From contig OZ004607.1 in assembly GCA_963924565.1 (NCBI GenBank), positions 4,154,001-4,218,000 on the forward strand: a DNA stretch of 64,000 nt. The letters are read 5' to 3'. Below, in pieces: positions 37,801 through 50,476 of this stretch. The position numbers and the translations under genes are program-made. Position 1 is the stretch's first letter. Each line of letters opens with the position of its first letter. Source of the stretch: Ascidiella aspersa (taxonomy: Eukaryota). The notes beneath the pieces were generated by a model that was not told the DNA's origin, did no database searches, and was given only the letters and a program-made list of their open reading frames with translations.

Positions 37801-40174
37801 ATTTAAGGTTGCAAATTATGGGGCATCAAATTAGGCACGGTTTTAAACTGCACGATTTTGAATTACTGGTACCGGTGAAAAACAAATCAAAGACTATTTA
37901 AAGACTTTTGGAAAACCATGGGTTTTTTTAAAAGCCATTAATACGCAAATTCATTCAAAGAATTAGTGAAAATATCTCTGAATTTTAGTTTTATTTAGTT
38001 TTTAATTTCATAATCCTAAATATGTGTCTAACGAATATTGCAGCATGCCAAACCGTGTAGAAACTAGTTTCGATTAGAGTTAAAGAAAAGTTGGCCTTGA
38101 CGCAAAACAAGGAACCGGAAAAGTTGCAACAAACAACAAAACGCTGTTTTTTTAACTTTACAGGTCTTGTGTCCTCCTCTACCCAGTATCCGCATCGGGA
38201 TCAGCGGAACTACAGACTTAAGGGTCAGGACACCAGGATTGATCCTGCTCCCGCTGAGGAACGGGACCTCAACTTCTACATGGATAAGATGAGGTTGGTC
38301 CTAAAGTTTTTTATAGGACATTTAAATGAAACATGCACACACATTTGTGTGTTAACAACTGTGATCTAGCTCTTCTGAAGCTGCTTTTTGACCAACGATT
38401 ACAGCTTGCGTATCATTAGTACGCCGAAAAGAACATATAACTTTTCTTTCGCGGAACCGCTCAAACTACTTAACTGACCCCACTTTGTTAGCCACTTATT
38501 TGCACTTTCTCGCAATTTAATCGCTCTGAGCACAGTATAAATGTAAGTTAAGCTACGGTAGTGCGCAAATTCGCATTCTGTCAAAGGAAGATGTAATTTT
38601 TTTACCTAAAAATGTCAAATTAAACCCATCGAAAGCAAAACTTTCGGCAATTAAAAGCTTCAAAGAATTTTTGACCTGATTCTATTTACAGGCTTTGGCC
38701 TAAACTATATAACCAGATTAGAACTTTAACTGCGTATAGAAGCCTATAACTTAAAAGTTCAGTTATTTAAACGACAGAAAGCGCAGTAGGCCTACTTCAA
38801 ATCCAAGCAGCTCTAACCAATTTCATCAGGAGCTCTAACCAATTAGTTCTAACCAATTTCATTTTACACGTTTGAATATAGTTGAAATTGAATCGATGCG
38901 AAATGGAGGCGAATTCTAGACCGAGAAAAATCGTGTTTGTTTCACAGAACTACGTCATATCCGATTTCAAAAAGTGACCGGAAGTACGCCGCCGTTCCAA
39001 TGCACACTTATCCATCAAAGAAGAAGACAGGAGCCCAAGATTATCAGGTAGCGATCATCAGCACGTCGAAGTCTTTCAATACCACTTTTTTGCAAATTTA
39101 ACACAGCAAAAAGATGTATTTACACAGATATTTCGACTTCACTAAAATTAATACGAATTTCCTGAAATCAGCACAAGTAATGTGGAAGTGTTTCCTTCTC
39201 ACTAGTTCTGCGTTTGGGAAACGTTTTTTGCATTCTGAAGGGTTAAGATAGGTCAAATAGCTGATGCTTTACTCACGAAAGATCGTTTTTTATAATCCCA
39301 CTGATTTGTTTAAATAGCAGTGAAGGGAAGATATGCACAAGAAATGTTAAAGTGTTTCAATATTATTTCTTCTTTTGCAAATATAGCAAGATGTTTTTTA
39401 CACAGATAGTTCGACTACACTAAAATCAGGACGAATTTCCAGGAATAAGGATATATAAAATGCTGAGATCGTGAGTTCAAATCTCAACACAGACTTTTTT
39501 CTGGCCTTATTGAGCTAGCCCCTCACAGGAAGATAACAGAACATTTTAATTTTCTTTGTCGCACCTAATTAGGTAGAATGAGCAGTAAACCATTTTCAAA
39601 TCCACTTTAAACATAGCAATACATAATGGCAAATATTAATAGTAATATGAGGTTAATCCAAAGCTGATGCCTTAATCACAACCGGTCTTCTTCTTTTTTA
39701 TCTCACTGATTTGTTTAAATAGCAGTGAAGGAAAGAGTTAGGGAATCCCGATCAAGATAATATGACAACCCAGGGAACAAATAAATGTGTCAAGAATAGT
39801 TAAGTTGAAAGGAATAACGTTAATCGGATAGCAACGGTTCTGTTTAACCAATTTTTTTTTAGTAAACAATTTTAAAATATATCTATATTTGAAAGAGTTT
39901 CGGGTTTTCAGCACCGTCAAATTTATGTGGTTGTTTAGTGGACAATTCGTCGGGTTTTCTTGTTTAATTATGAGACCTAACTGTTGTCGTGAATTCGGAC
40001 GGGGGTTTGCTTTATTGTACATTCGACTTTTTTGTTTCTCAGTGCAAAGTGAGCTTCTTTCAAACAGTTCGTTCTCCATTCAAGAGCCACTTCGTCATTC
40101 ACCCCGACTTCACCTCCGAGGAAGTTAAGAAAAGGAAGCAAGTCTCTCACGACATCACGCACTTCAAATACTAA
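28861..40174 (+). CDS. Uncharacterised Pro/Arg-rich protein (~449-517 aa), possibly ciliary/sperm microtubule-associated
   Basis: Phase-consistent exon chain 28861-29004, 29786-29981, 30894-31061, [32158-32237, 33231-33354: weaker sites, skippable together in frame], 35236-35362, 36341-36501, 37183-37374, 38164-38293, 38948-39047, 40043-40174 (TAA). Exons are mostly GC-richer than the flanks and have GT-AG ends. Motifs: SVYYNDY, YRKNRPHP, EEWAQHASNYEKQVVFKML, SHFVIHPDF. The function call is inference only. Confidence 0.75.
33838..34578. mobile_element. hAT-type MITE (GCGGGCC repeats) with a nested GGGGCGGATC-type (Harbinger-like) element at ~33923-34362
   Basis: Outer TIR CAGGGTGGTCCAA / TTGAACCACCCTG. 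Inner ends caggggcggatc and ccctggatccg. Confidence 0.75.
35950..36308 (+). mobile_element. hAT-type MITE (GGGGTCCA repeats)
   Basis: TIR CAGGGGTTCTTGAAC / GTTTAAGAACCCTG. TSD CGCTAGAC/CACTAGAC (7/8). Full-length homolog at 50142-50476. Confidence 0.92.
38360..38430 (-). mobile_element. 3' fragment of the tRNA-derived SINE
   Basis: tgtgatctagc...gaagctgctttttgaccaacgattac...gtatcattagtac is nearly identical to 49378-49450. Confidence 0.8.
39070..39740. repeat. Old diverged tandem duplication, second unit containing a SINE B-box fragment
   Basis: 39070-39170 resembles 39355-39445. 39260-39330 resembles 39662-39735, sharing cactgatttgtttaaatagcagtgaagg. gatcgtgagttcaaatctca at ~39467. Confidence 0.75.
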
Positions 40175-41959
40175 TATTTCTTTGCCGCTAGATGGCCGCG
40201 CGCGCAAAATTGCGTATCAAATCGACATTTTGACCGAATTGGTCCACTGTAGCCTATTGTATTGTACTCAATGAATCTAGATAAACGCTTTTTGACTTTT
40301 AAAATGATTGAACGCCTTTGAAAGACATTGCACAATGTTTAAATGAGTCAAAATATGCCAAATACGTACGAATTTGAACATGTCATTTCTGACAATGAAA
40401 AAAAGAAAACTGACAAAAAACACCCCCTACTCTATTCAGACACTATAGTGAATATCTAGTAAAAACATAAATAATTTAAAATGTAATTCATTTTAGTAAT
40501 TTCAATAAAAATATTTAATCCATTATTATTCGACAAAATCGACATTTGTTTCGAATATAATGGCTTTAATATTTTTATTGAAATTACTAAAAAAAACACG
40601 TTTGTGTTCCATAATTTATGTTAATTTAAAATTTGCTGAAGAAATTAAGACTATCGTATTTCGAAAATGTACCACCCTGTGTTTCCTTAATTATCCCATT
40701 TTACCTAAAAGTGGAGTTCTGTTGATTTCGCTTTCATTTTTCACTAGTGAGATTTTTTTTTCACTAGTGTTTTCTTCGTTTTGATCATGTTTCTCTCGCT
40801 TGGCTTTCTATTGAATTGATACTACAGACACTTTCACTGTGACCAGGTCTGCAAAAAGTATAAACTTGACTGTCGCGCGTTAATAAACAAGCCTAGACGC
40901 AAATTTAGCAACAGCAGAACTTGTTTGGTCAGTCGGGACAACCATCAGCTTCGTGAAAGTCAGTAAACCCCTAAAACTAAACCAAACCCACTTCAAACAT
41001 GGGTGTTATATTTTATGTCCGATAATATCGGATCGGAGCCGTGAGTCGTGGCAAAAAAGATTCGAACCTTGCCGCTTAAGGTTGGAATGTATATCTCTCA
41101 TTTGCCAAGCAAATAGTAAAATATTAAGTTGCACCGTTCTGGATTAGAGTGGCTTATGGCCTACAGCAGCACCAAGACTCAATATTAGTTGTACTTATTT
41201 TAACATCGGTTTGCTAGTAATTTTCGCAATGTGTAATACAAAAGCTTCTGTTCTACTTGGGCCAAGTATTAACAATGTTTGCCTTACAGTGCTCAGATAA
41301 AAATGGAGAAAACTGTGCAAACTGGGCAAACTGGCAGCTTAGTATGTTGAGGTACCTGATTACTTGGAAAGGTAAATATATCAAAAAATATTAGGTTAAA
41401 CCAAATTGTAGCAATTATACCGCTGGTGCGAAATATGGTCTTTACACTTAAATAAACACATCATTGAATGTTATAATCTAATTGTGTTGTTTGTTTTGTC
41501 CGCAGTAATGTTGTCATTTGGTATCGAATTAGACCGCGGTACTTGTTCGTTAACTAGTGGTGAATTTTTTTATATATCGGAATAAACTACCATAGGTAGG
41601 CTATCTACCATTCCTCGTCCCAACCAAAATTAAAGACGAACTGGTATATTTACACCAGGCTCAAAAGCAGTGTTACGTCACTCGGCAAATTGAAGTGTTT
41701 GCTTCCGGGGTAAAATCGGTTTGTCAAACATTAGTTTTCGATCGGCCAGTAAGCGGACACTCCAGCACAAGGTTGTTGTTGCTTCTTCTGCTGTTGTTGT
41801 TGCTGTCCATAGCGCTGTGCTTTACCGTACCTTACAACATACGAGCCCTCTCGGGCCGCTCTGACAATATTTACCCTTCGTCGCAGTGACGTACAACCAC
41901 CCAATGACGGCTGGACCCAAACGTCCCCGATGGAACCGAATCAGCCAATTGACACGGTT

Positions 41960-42213
41960 CAACGGTTGGGGGAGTGGGGGTGGGGGTGCATATGTCCCCG
42001 GGCGCCAAGGGCAGGGACGCCAAACTAAGGCTTATGGATGCCAAAATGAGGCTGCTTCTTCTTTAAATACAAATCTTTATTAAAATTTGAATTGTTTTTC
42101 CGTGTAAAGTGACGTATATTATGTTAAGGTAATAAAAAATGTAATTAAACATGGAGGGGGCGGCAATTTTATATTTTGCCCCCGGGGCGCAAAATACCCT
42201 GGCTACGTCTCTG
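41960..42213. mobile_element. Harbinger-like MITE remnant
   Basis: GC-rich ends ...gcccccggggcgc...ccctggctacgtctctg resemble CAGTGGCGTAGCCAGG-type MITE termini. The 5' end is eroded. Confidence 0.5.
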
Positions 42214-43023
42214 ACACGGCCGTCTTCAATTTCCACAAGTGTTGTATAGCTCGAAATGCGAACAAGAACACAAAAGCAGGGAAAAATATGCCCAGTTAAC
42301 GTTCTTGATAATACGAGGAGTCGGTAAATCTACAAATGGACGCGTGAAACATTATTTTAGCCGAGAAAACTGTATCCGAAAGGCACCGTCTTGCCAAGGT
42401 CACAGAGTGATGGCTTTTTCGTGTTTTTCCAGTTCGACGAAATGTTCTCGAGCGTTCGCGGGAGAAAAACAAACACAAGAAACGAGATTGACAACACTGG
42501 AAGTGGAAACACTCTTTGACTTCTTTGTTTGGTAGCCGAACTGCAAATATACCACTGGTCTGTATGCAAACTTTAAAATTTTTTACAAGTTTCGTTGTCG
42601 CTGCTTTACCTTATATAGCTTAGCTGCCACTTCAGCACATTTTATAACATTGTGAACCTATAGGACCTTGGTGACCTTGTGCGCCCCGAAGCTGATTATC
42701 GGAACCCCATCAGTGTGCACCAAAAAGCCCTTGCTACAGAAAAACTCAAGTTTTCCGCGAAATCAAGAACAATTTAAGAGCTGATGAGTCGTGACGTGCT
42801 GCAAGAAAAATTAGTCGATCAAGTTGTTACGCAAACGTTTAGTGCGAAAAAGCAATCGTTTCCATGTAACAAAAGAACACTGCTTTATAAGCTGTCGTGT
42901 TTATTGAACCCTGCTTTACAAGCTGTCGTGTTTATTCATCAAAGGGGAAAACACGGCATTAAGGCACGGTTGTCAAAAGCGCTATACAAACAATTGTATC
43001 ACAAGCTTAACTGTAAAACGATC

Positions 43024-43152
43024 CAGTGTTGTAAACAAGTCATTTTGAAATGACTAAAAGTCCAAGTCAAGTCATTCGTCCAAAATACTTAAGTTAAGTC
43101 AACTCATTTATTTGCAAACAGTGACTTAAGTGCACTTGTCATTACAACACTA
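43024..43152 (+). mobile_element. Internally deleted (~130 bp) AAGTC-repeat MITE
   Basis: Both termini are retained: CAGTGTTGTAAACAAGTCATTTTGAAAT and CATTACAACACT. Confidence 0.85.
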
Positions 43153-44316
43153 CAATGATGATCTATTGCAAGGCCAATTTTGCATGCGCCACTTCGTTGC
43201 CGGTCGTAAAAAACGCGAGCGCTCTCCGGTTGTGTCCAGCCTTCAGAGTGTAAACACCAATGTACGACGAACTGGTTACGATCACGTGCTTTTGTTGTGG
43301 TGCATTTGCGCACAGGGTCGCGTGCGACGTGCGTGTGTGACGTAACAGTGAACAACAAAGGGGCGCGCGAGGGGCGACGGCTGGCTAGCAGATCTGGTGC
43401 AAGCCCAAAGTTCGTGTACCCGACTGCAAGTTGTTTGCATTGCGGCTGTAATTGCTGAACGACCGATCGTCACGCCACTAGTTAACGAAAAACAATGATG
43501 CGGAAATTTATTACCAGCGTGTGTGTATCAATGTGGGCCTTTCTGAACGTGATTTCAAATCGAACGACTCGAAGAGAATCGAGAACGCAATAGCAGTAGT
43601 AATTAGCGCTCTAATGCTGATTAATTCCACTGCATTCGTGGGAAGGTTGCTGATTCACGATTACATTCCCCTCATACTTTCCAACAAGATTAAAACGAGC
43701 AGAATATTAAAATAATAGTCATGTAGTCACAAAACGACATGATCACTTAACGGGAGTGATTTGTCCAAGGTCTGCTCAACCGTTTGCTGAAATGAAATGT
43801 CGTTTTGATTGGTGCAGTTTGCAAATTGACTGCGCGGCAATCCACTTGCAGTGCCAACTATTTTAGTACGTACGTCAGTAGTAAAGATGCAGATTTTACG
43901 TAACAGTTAAACTACATATTTTCAATTATTTGCATTTTAAATTATTGCTAAACAATTTGGTCATATCACATTGTGGGTCGCACAATAAAACTTCATTAAA
44001 AGTGGGTCGCGAACTGAAAAAGGTTGGGAAGCAGTGTAGTAAATCGTGTGAGGTGTTTAAGGCTACACATGCCAACATAAGTTAGTAAAATTTCGAAAGA
44101 GGTCTTAACATGGACATAGTTTAATCCAGAACATAAACAAGCAACTAACGTACAACGAACTAAAGCGGAAACATCCACACGTTACATATCGAGGCTGGTT
44201 GTGTCTAAAGAAAGGAAGGGTCAATGTAACACTAATTAAGAATTAAAAAATAGCCATTTAGCGATTGTGCTAAAACAGCTAAAAGGTTTGGTACACTATA
44301 CACGAATATATAATGT

Positions 44317-44509
44317 AGCTTGATAATGAATTGCAAAGCCAAAAAGGTCGAGTAGATCGACATCATCTTGATTAAGAAGTTTTCAATACAAGCCTGTATC
44401 CAGTTAATGTGACAAATTTAACTAAAGATAAAAAAAATCGAAACGTCTTAATCAAGATGGTGTCGATCTATTCGACCTTTTTGGCTTTATAATTCATTCT
44501 TATCAAGCT
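44317..44509. mobile_element. Foldback MITE with ~65-bp arms (possibly Tc1/mariner type)
   Basis: agcttgataa...aaagccaaaaaggtcgagtagatcgacatcatcttgattaaga is the near-perfect reverse complement of tcttaatcaagatggtgtcgatctattcgacctttttggcttt...ttatcaagct. The right end is followed by G-TA. Confidence 0.85.
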
Positions 44510-46290
44510 GTAAGGTTGTTTACCGCCTTTAATCACGTACGCGCTCGCTCTACTGCTCACTATTTACATAGCCGACAAACGTGAACCTTACAGACTGAGC
44601 GCAATGGCGGCGTTTCCTTTTGCAGCAAGTCGAATTGCGCAGGCAATCAATACTCTTTCTCCATCGCTAACCGCACAGGAATAAAAGCAAGAGACCCCGT
44701 AAATTACAAGATGTTATCTCGGCGGAGTTCGAAGCAAATCTCATTTCGTGGGAAAGCTCGTTGGACCGCCTTTTGTTCCGTTCAGGCGGGTTCGTTACGC
44801 TTGGCTGGTTTACTTGTATTGACCTTTGCTTTGGCGTGAGATTAAGAACCTGGCGAGACAGGTTGCTGGATCAGTTGACAGGTTAGGCCCAACGGCGAAA
44901 TTCGGCCTATTTCTAAGTGCTGGATTTAAAAAGTCGAAATAACGTTTGGACGTGCAGTTGTGAAACCCTTAACCTTAAAAAATGCTATTTTGGGCCGCTT
45001 TTTAGTAAAGATGATTACTTTTAAAGAGTATGTCCGGTAGTAACAGTCAGTGCGCAATTTCACTTTTCCGCGAAATTCGGACACTCCCAGCAATCAAGGA
45101 GTCATGCCTTGCTCACACTACAAATGGCTCCCAAAGTGTAACTTTATACAATGTTTTACTGCTTGCATTCATCCAACTTTGTTAACACCCTGGTTTAACA
45201 ACCATTGTAGCAGGAACGAAATTAGATGTCACTACAGTGTGTTGAAAAGCATTTGGACCGGGCACCAATCTATCAGTGCGCCCAAGAAGCAATATTTTCT
45301 CGATTAACTTGTGCTGTGAGTGATGATGACAACTGATTCTTTGAAACGACTGGCGGTCGTCACTCCTCTGAAGCTACGGTCTTAGTTAAGATTGCGAACG
45401 GTTGCGTAACACGATTGAGGGGAAAGTCCCGTCGTTTCGTTCGTCTTCCTGGAAGCGCATAGTAAACAAAAGTAGGAAACGAAAGATGCAGACTTGTTTT
45501 CGTATAATGCTGGTGGTAAGGCATGACTGTGCATATTTATAACCCACAGGTAACCCGCTATAAATACACAAAACACAAAAAGGTGTACGCCGATAAAATA
45601 TTCACCAACTCACGGAAGGTTCTTTAGTTCATTTTAGTATAAATTTTGATCTTCCTATGCTCATTTGGTGCAGGCCTATATCGAATTTAACAAGTGTATA
45701 GCTAAGTGCGCATGGTGTATGTTTACCCAGAAATGCTCCATAAGACACAAGCGATTAGCGTTTTCTTTGAACTTTAAATACAATCGATTGTGTTTTAACG
45801 AAAGCTTATCGATTGCCTAACTGCGATTAGATTGCATAAACCGATAGCTTATACGCGTGTTTAAAAATGCGCTATACAAATTTCCTGTCAAAATGAAACG
45901 GTTAGAGCTCTGGTTTGAATATAACTGACTGATGCTCAAAATCAAACGGTATGTATATTTGCTTAGGTTTGCTGTATTCCTTATCAACAGTCAATCATAT
46001 TATCACGAATCGGTTAATGACTGCACTCTTAAATTGATTGACAGCTACAATGTCGAGAGTGGCGACTGCTAGTTTAAGAGCCTTAACCGCCACTAAATTC
46101 TTTGTTGTCTGACGGTTTGTTTCGCAAAGTTTGGTGCAATAATAAAAAGGTTTAAGCCGAGTGGATTGCGCCATTGAGCGCCAACGATATTTGAATTTTC
46201 ATTGACCTCATGACCTTTAGTTTTACGAGAAAAAAACAAACTTTCACATTAGCAAAATTTGGACGGCACAACGAGCCCCCAACCACCAAA

Positions 46291-46747
46291 CAGACTTGAA
46301 CAACTTTTTGTTTGCTTGTGTGCTCTAATTCTAGTTCTTATCTAATTCGGATTTTACCAAAGATGCTACTTTGTCCAACGGCATTTTTAATCTCTAAGTC
46401 GAAACCAAAGAATTTAAATTTAAACTTTTGGTCGAAACAATTGTTTGGATGAATTTTACAGCATAAAAGCAAAAACCTATAAAATATATCACAGAAAGAT
46501 TTGCAATACACATTCCTATTAGAATAAATTTTGATTTAAACTAAATTGTTTGTGAAAAATTAAATGTAATTCTACTTTTAGTTAAAATTTTGTTTTTAAG
46601 AATTCGGCAATTCTAATTCTGATCTAATTTGAGAAAACTCAAAATGATCTAATTGTATTCGTAATCTAGTTTGAAAAAACTGAAATGGTCTAATTCTAAT
46701 TCTAATCTAATTTTAAAAAGCTAAAAAAATCTAGTTGTCTGAAGTGG
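46291..46747. mobile_element. Second copy of TCTAAT-repeat hAT-type MITE
   Basis: Colinear with 11196-11730. Perfect TSD CCACCAAA (46283-46290, 46748-46755). Confidence 0.92.
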
Positions 46748-47303
46748 CCACCAAATCCCCGTGTGCACGCTATACATATCATGACGTACTTGCAATCGTG
46801 CATTCACCAAGACGTGACGTCACATTTCTGACGCTAGAGAGACAGCGACTCCGTTTTAGGCAATCGTCAGTCACAGGACGTGACAGACGACCGAATTTTA
46901 AAGGGTAAACTTGACCTGGAACCGGTGGAACCAGAACAAAGTCCTGCTCTGGCGGGTGGTACCGCCGACCAGTGCGTCGATGATTACTTGTTGCGTCACA
47001 ATAGCACCGATCTCGACACGAAACGCCGCCGGGGCTTCGAAATGTCTGTTGCGATAAAAGATTAACACCGCGGTGAGAAGTTCAAGCTGCTAAAGCAGGT
47101 TTTGGACAGCCTCTTCGTACAGGGCCGATCCCTATTTTAAAAACTAGTAGAGTGGGAAAGAGTCAACATCTACATTATGCCCACAACTCTATTTGGACTT
47201 TCTATGATCATAACTTTTGCTTCGTGTCAGAAAGCCAAGTTGCAATATTAATTACATTGGACATGATTAGTATACTTTCGGCTGCCACATCCTCGCTATG
47301 TTA

Positions 47304-47592
47304 TAGAGCTAATTTTATAAGTTTTTTGTTATATGTTCCGTTTTGTTGGTCGCTTAGGTTTTTAAGGTTTACAAAGTTAGGTAAAATTTCGTGGTCCCTC
47401 ATTTCTTAGCGGACAACAAAACCAAACCTTAAAAACATTTCTACTTTGACCTGATGAAGCACGGTCGTTTTAGAGCTAATTTTATATTTTTTTGTCATAG
47501 TACCCCGTATTGTTGGTCTCTTAGGTTTTCAAGTTTTTAAGCTTTTTTAAAGCTTAGATGAAATAGTCGTGGTCTCTCATTTCCTAGAGGAT
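47304..47592. repeat. Diverged direct repeat (~110 bp x2)
   Basis: agagctaattttata...tgttggtc-cttaggtttt...tcgtggtc-ctcatttc occurs twice (~47304 and ~47472). Confidence 0.8.
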
Positions 47593-47984
47593 ACTAAATC
47601 TAGCATTTTTGTTGTAATGTCTCGTTTTGTTTGTCATTAAGGTTTATTTCACCTAATTTTTTTTTCGTGCTACGCCAAAGGTTTTTGCATAAGCGCAAAG
47701 ATGGCACGAAAACGGCATTGAAAAAGGAAGTCGACTACTTTTAAAGTGGCCTCGAAGCCCGGCTGATTGCGGAAGGGGAACCTCGAGGTCAAGTGCACTG
47801 TGGTTGCGCTACTTCGACGCAAGTCATCGAGGATAACGTGGAGAAAGAAGCTTTTCTGTTATCGCTGCAGAAAAACAGAGCTTTTTCGTGGTTTCGCAAA
47901 GCTGCCAAGCCGGTCGGATGGCGTTGATTTTTTGCTTATCTCGTCAAACTAGAAATATCCGTGCGTTGGCCAATTAAAAACGGC

Positions 47985-48109
47985 CACTGTCCTTTTAAAT
48001 GACTTGACTTGACTTAAGTATTTTTACCAAAATGACTTGGGCTTGAGTTATTTTTCAATTTACTTGACTGGGACTTAAGTCATTTTAAAATGACTTGTTC
48101 ACAGCACTG
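47985..48109 (-). mobile_element. Short AAGTC-repeat MITE remnant
   Basis: GACTT arrays and terminus aaaatgacttgttcacagcactg. Confidence 0.75.
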
Positions 48110-49364
48110 TTATAATTTTTGCTTATCTCGTCAAACTACAAATGTCCTTGCGTTGGTCCTGTAAAACCGCCCGCTGCACTTTCCCGAAAGACGGCGACCT
48201 TTCAGGTTTTTACTGCGCTGTTCCAATTATTCGGCAATTTACCCGCTACAACATTTTCGGCGAACAGCCTTTGCGTCACAAAAGTGAAACCACCGAAGCT
48301 TTTTTACCACGTCCGCTCGGATTTTAAATTGCAGAGCGTTCTTGCGCAGCGATGCCGATTATGTTTTCACGGCTGGGCGCCGAAGTTTAAAACAACATTC
48401 GGTGACGCTTTTGGCTCGGTCCAATTGCCGGAAAACCGACACACGTCAGCTTTAACAAAACATAAACGGAGTTGCTGAATCGTCGTTTTGTCCGGGAAGC
48501 CCGCTTTTCGCCATGTCACTCTGATTTAGTCCGAGTATTATTCCTGCCTCCGATTCCAGGAACCTTTTTGAAGTTTACGGCAGCTGAGTAGTTTAACGAC
48601 CGTGGAGCCATTACCGCTACAGCGTCATATAAGGAGATATAACTCGGCTGCTGACCTTCGTCCTTGGTTTTGAAATGTTTTTGTTTTCTTTCGGAGATGC
48701 CCGGTTTTTAGAACAGTAGACCAACAGCGAACTAAACGAAGCGGTATCTTTTTCGCCCTGGCAAGAAAATAATAACAGCAACTTGAAATGAACTGAAATG
48801 CTTAAAAGACTATATTGTTGACAAAAACGAACTTTTTGTTTACTTTTCATAAAGTGACTGAGTTTGTAATATGCCAGAACAATCTGAAATATTCGCAGTG
48901 GATCAAAGCTACAAATTCTTGCCAGACTCACACAAAGCGTACCTAATAGTTCAAAAGTTTTTCTGTTTGGTTCATGGATCAGAACTCCGATACCACCCAC
49001 CACTTTTTGAGTAAACGGTATACTACGTTCCATATTTGAATTGCTTCTCTCAATACGTAGAGCTAACAAATACTTGAAACCGATGCAGCACATAAACCTA
49101 CTTTGTTGATTTTTAAAACCTTTGCGAAGTGAAACTCTAAACCGGTTCTCTGTGGTCCGTAATACATTTTATGTGACATTTAGGAATTCAGATATGAGTT
49201 GGCGAAACTTCCATTGTTGATTGTTTAAATCCAGGTAATACAATACGCCTTCAGGGTAGTTTAAAGAGCCAATATTTATTGCCCGCGGTCCGTAGGTTGA
49301 CCACCCTGCTTTAAAATATTGCAGAATCCCCGATAAAAGAGCATAGTAGATCACGAGAATCTGT

Positions 49365-49558
49365 AGTTTATTGCAACTGTGATCTAGCCCCTTGGAAGCT
49401 GCTTTTTGACCAACGATTACGGCTTCCGTATCATTAGTACACCGAAAAGCCATCGCCGAATCTGTTGATCAATGATGCAAGCAAGGCAGGCTACAAAAAC
49501 AAACTCAATACCTCCGGCCATACCGGGACCAACGCTCTATCAACTGAGCTATACAGGC
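49365..49558 (-). mobile_element. tRNA-derived SINE (near full length, T-arm partly deleted)
   Basis: Reverse complement starts GCCTGTATAGCTCAGTTGATAGAGCG...CCCGG...CCGGAGGT. It shares its body with 12280-12432 and its tail with 38360-38430. Confidence 0.82.
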
Positions 49559-50141
49559 TGAAATGTGAGCAAGTTGAGAAACTTTCATTGCTGGAAATAA
49601 CGTAAAGCTCAAACAACCAGGCTCCATCTGTAACTTGTCGTGTATTTTAAGCAAGTCATGCACGAGTGGAAAAAAACACAAGCGCCACACACCAACTACG
49701 TCATAAACAGAGGTTGTGACGTCACACAGAGTAAACGGTTTCGCGTTTTGGAGTCGGGTTTCTCTGGAGGGGGGTTTCCCGGCGTTTGTTCCGATCTGGT
49801 GACTTATTTTTACCGTTTTTTTCTTTACTTAAAAAATAACAAAAAAGGAGAAAGGTAGAAAACCCCTAAACCAGCGGGGCTGCAAAAAGAACAATGAAAA
49901 AAGTGAAAAAAAAATACTGGAATCATCTCAGAGAAGGGGGAGACGTGCTACTAAATGATGGGGAGGGGTTCAGTGGGTGAAGTTTTTTTAACCTCGTTTT
50001 TTGGGGGGGACTTAAAGCAGTGGGGTTTTCCCTAAAGCGGAGCGGTGGGAAAGATACGTCACCGGTTAAGGAAAATTGTTCGGCAAGAACAGAGCGAATA
50101 CGAATGCGAGCATCTTAATTCTTAATGTATATGATCTATAA

Positions 50142-50476
50142 CAGGGATTCTTAAACTGGGGTCCATGGACCCCTTGGGTACGTGAATTAGATTTAGGGGG
50201 TTCATGAAGCCAAATTGAAATATTTGTGTATATTGAAGAAGTAATCAATTTTTCAAAGAATTTAATTTAATTAAAAAATAAATTGGCTTTGTACTGAATG
50301 TGTTTAGACTTCATTTCACTTATACATTTTTGGACCAAAATCAGCAGATTTTAGAAGCCTATTTGTATTGTGACGTAAATTTTTGACGTCATTTCTAAAA
50401 ACTTTTGCCGATACTGTTTCACGTGAAGCCAGAAAAAAATTAGGGGTTTGCTGTCAAAAACGTTTAAGAAACCCTG
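50142..50476 (+). mobile_element. hAT-type MITE, homolog of 35950-36308
   Basis: CAGGGATTCTTAAACTGGGGTCCATGGAC ... GTTTAAGAAACCCTG, colinear internally with 35950-36308. Confidence 0.9.

Noticed and set aside
48617-49093. 158-aa minus-strand ORF
   Set aside because: No recognisable domain, codon bias or exon context.
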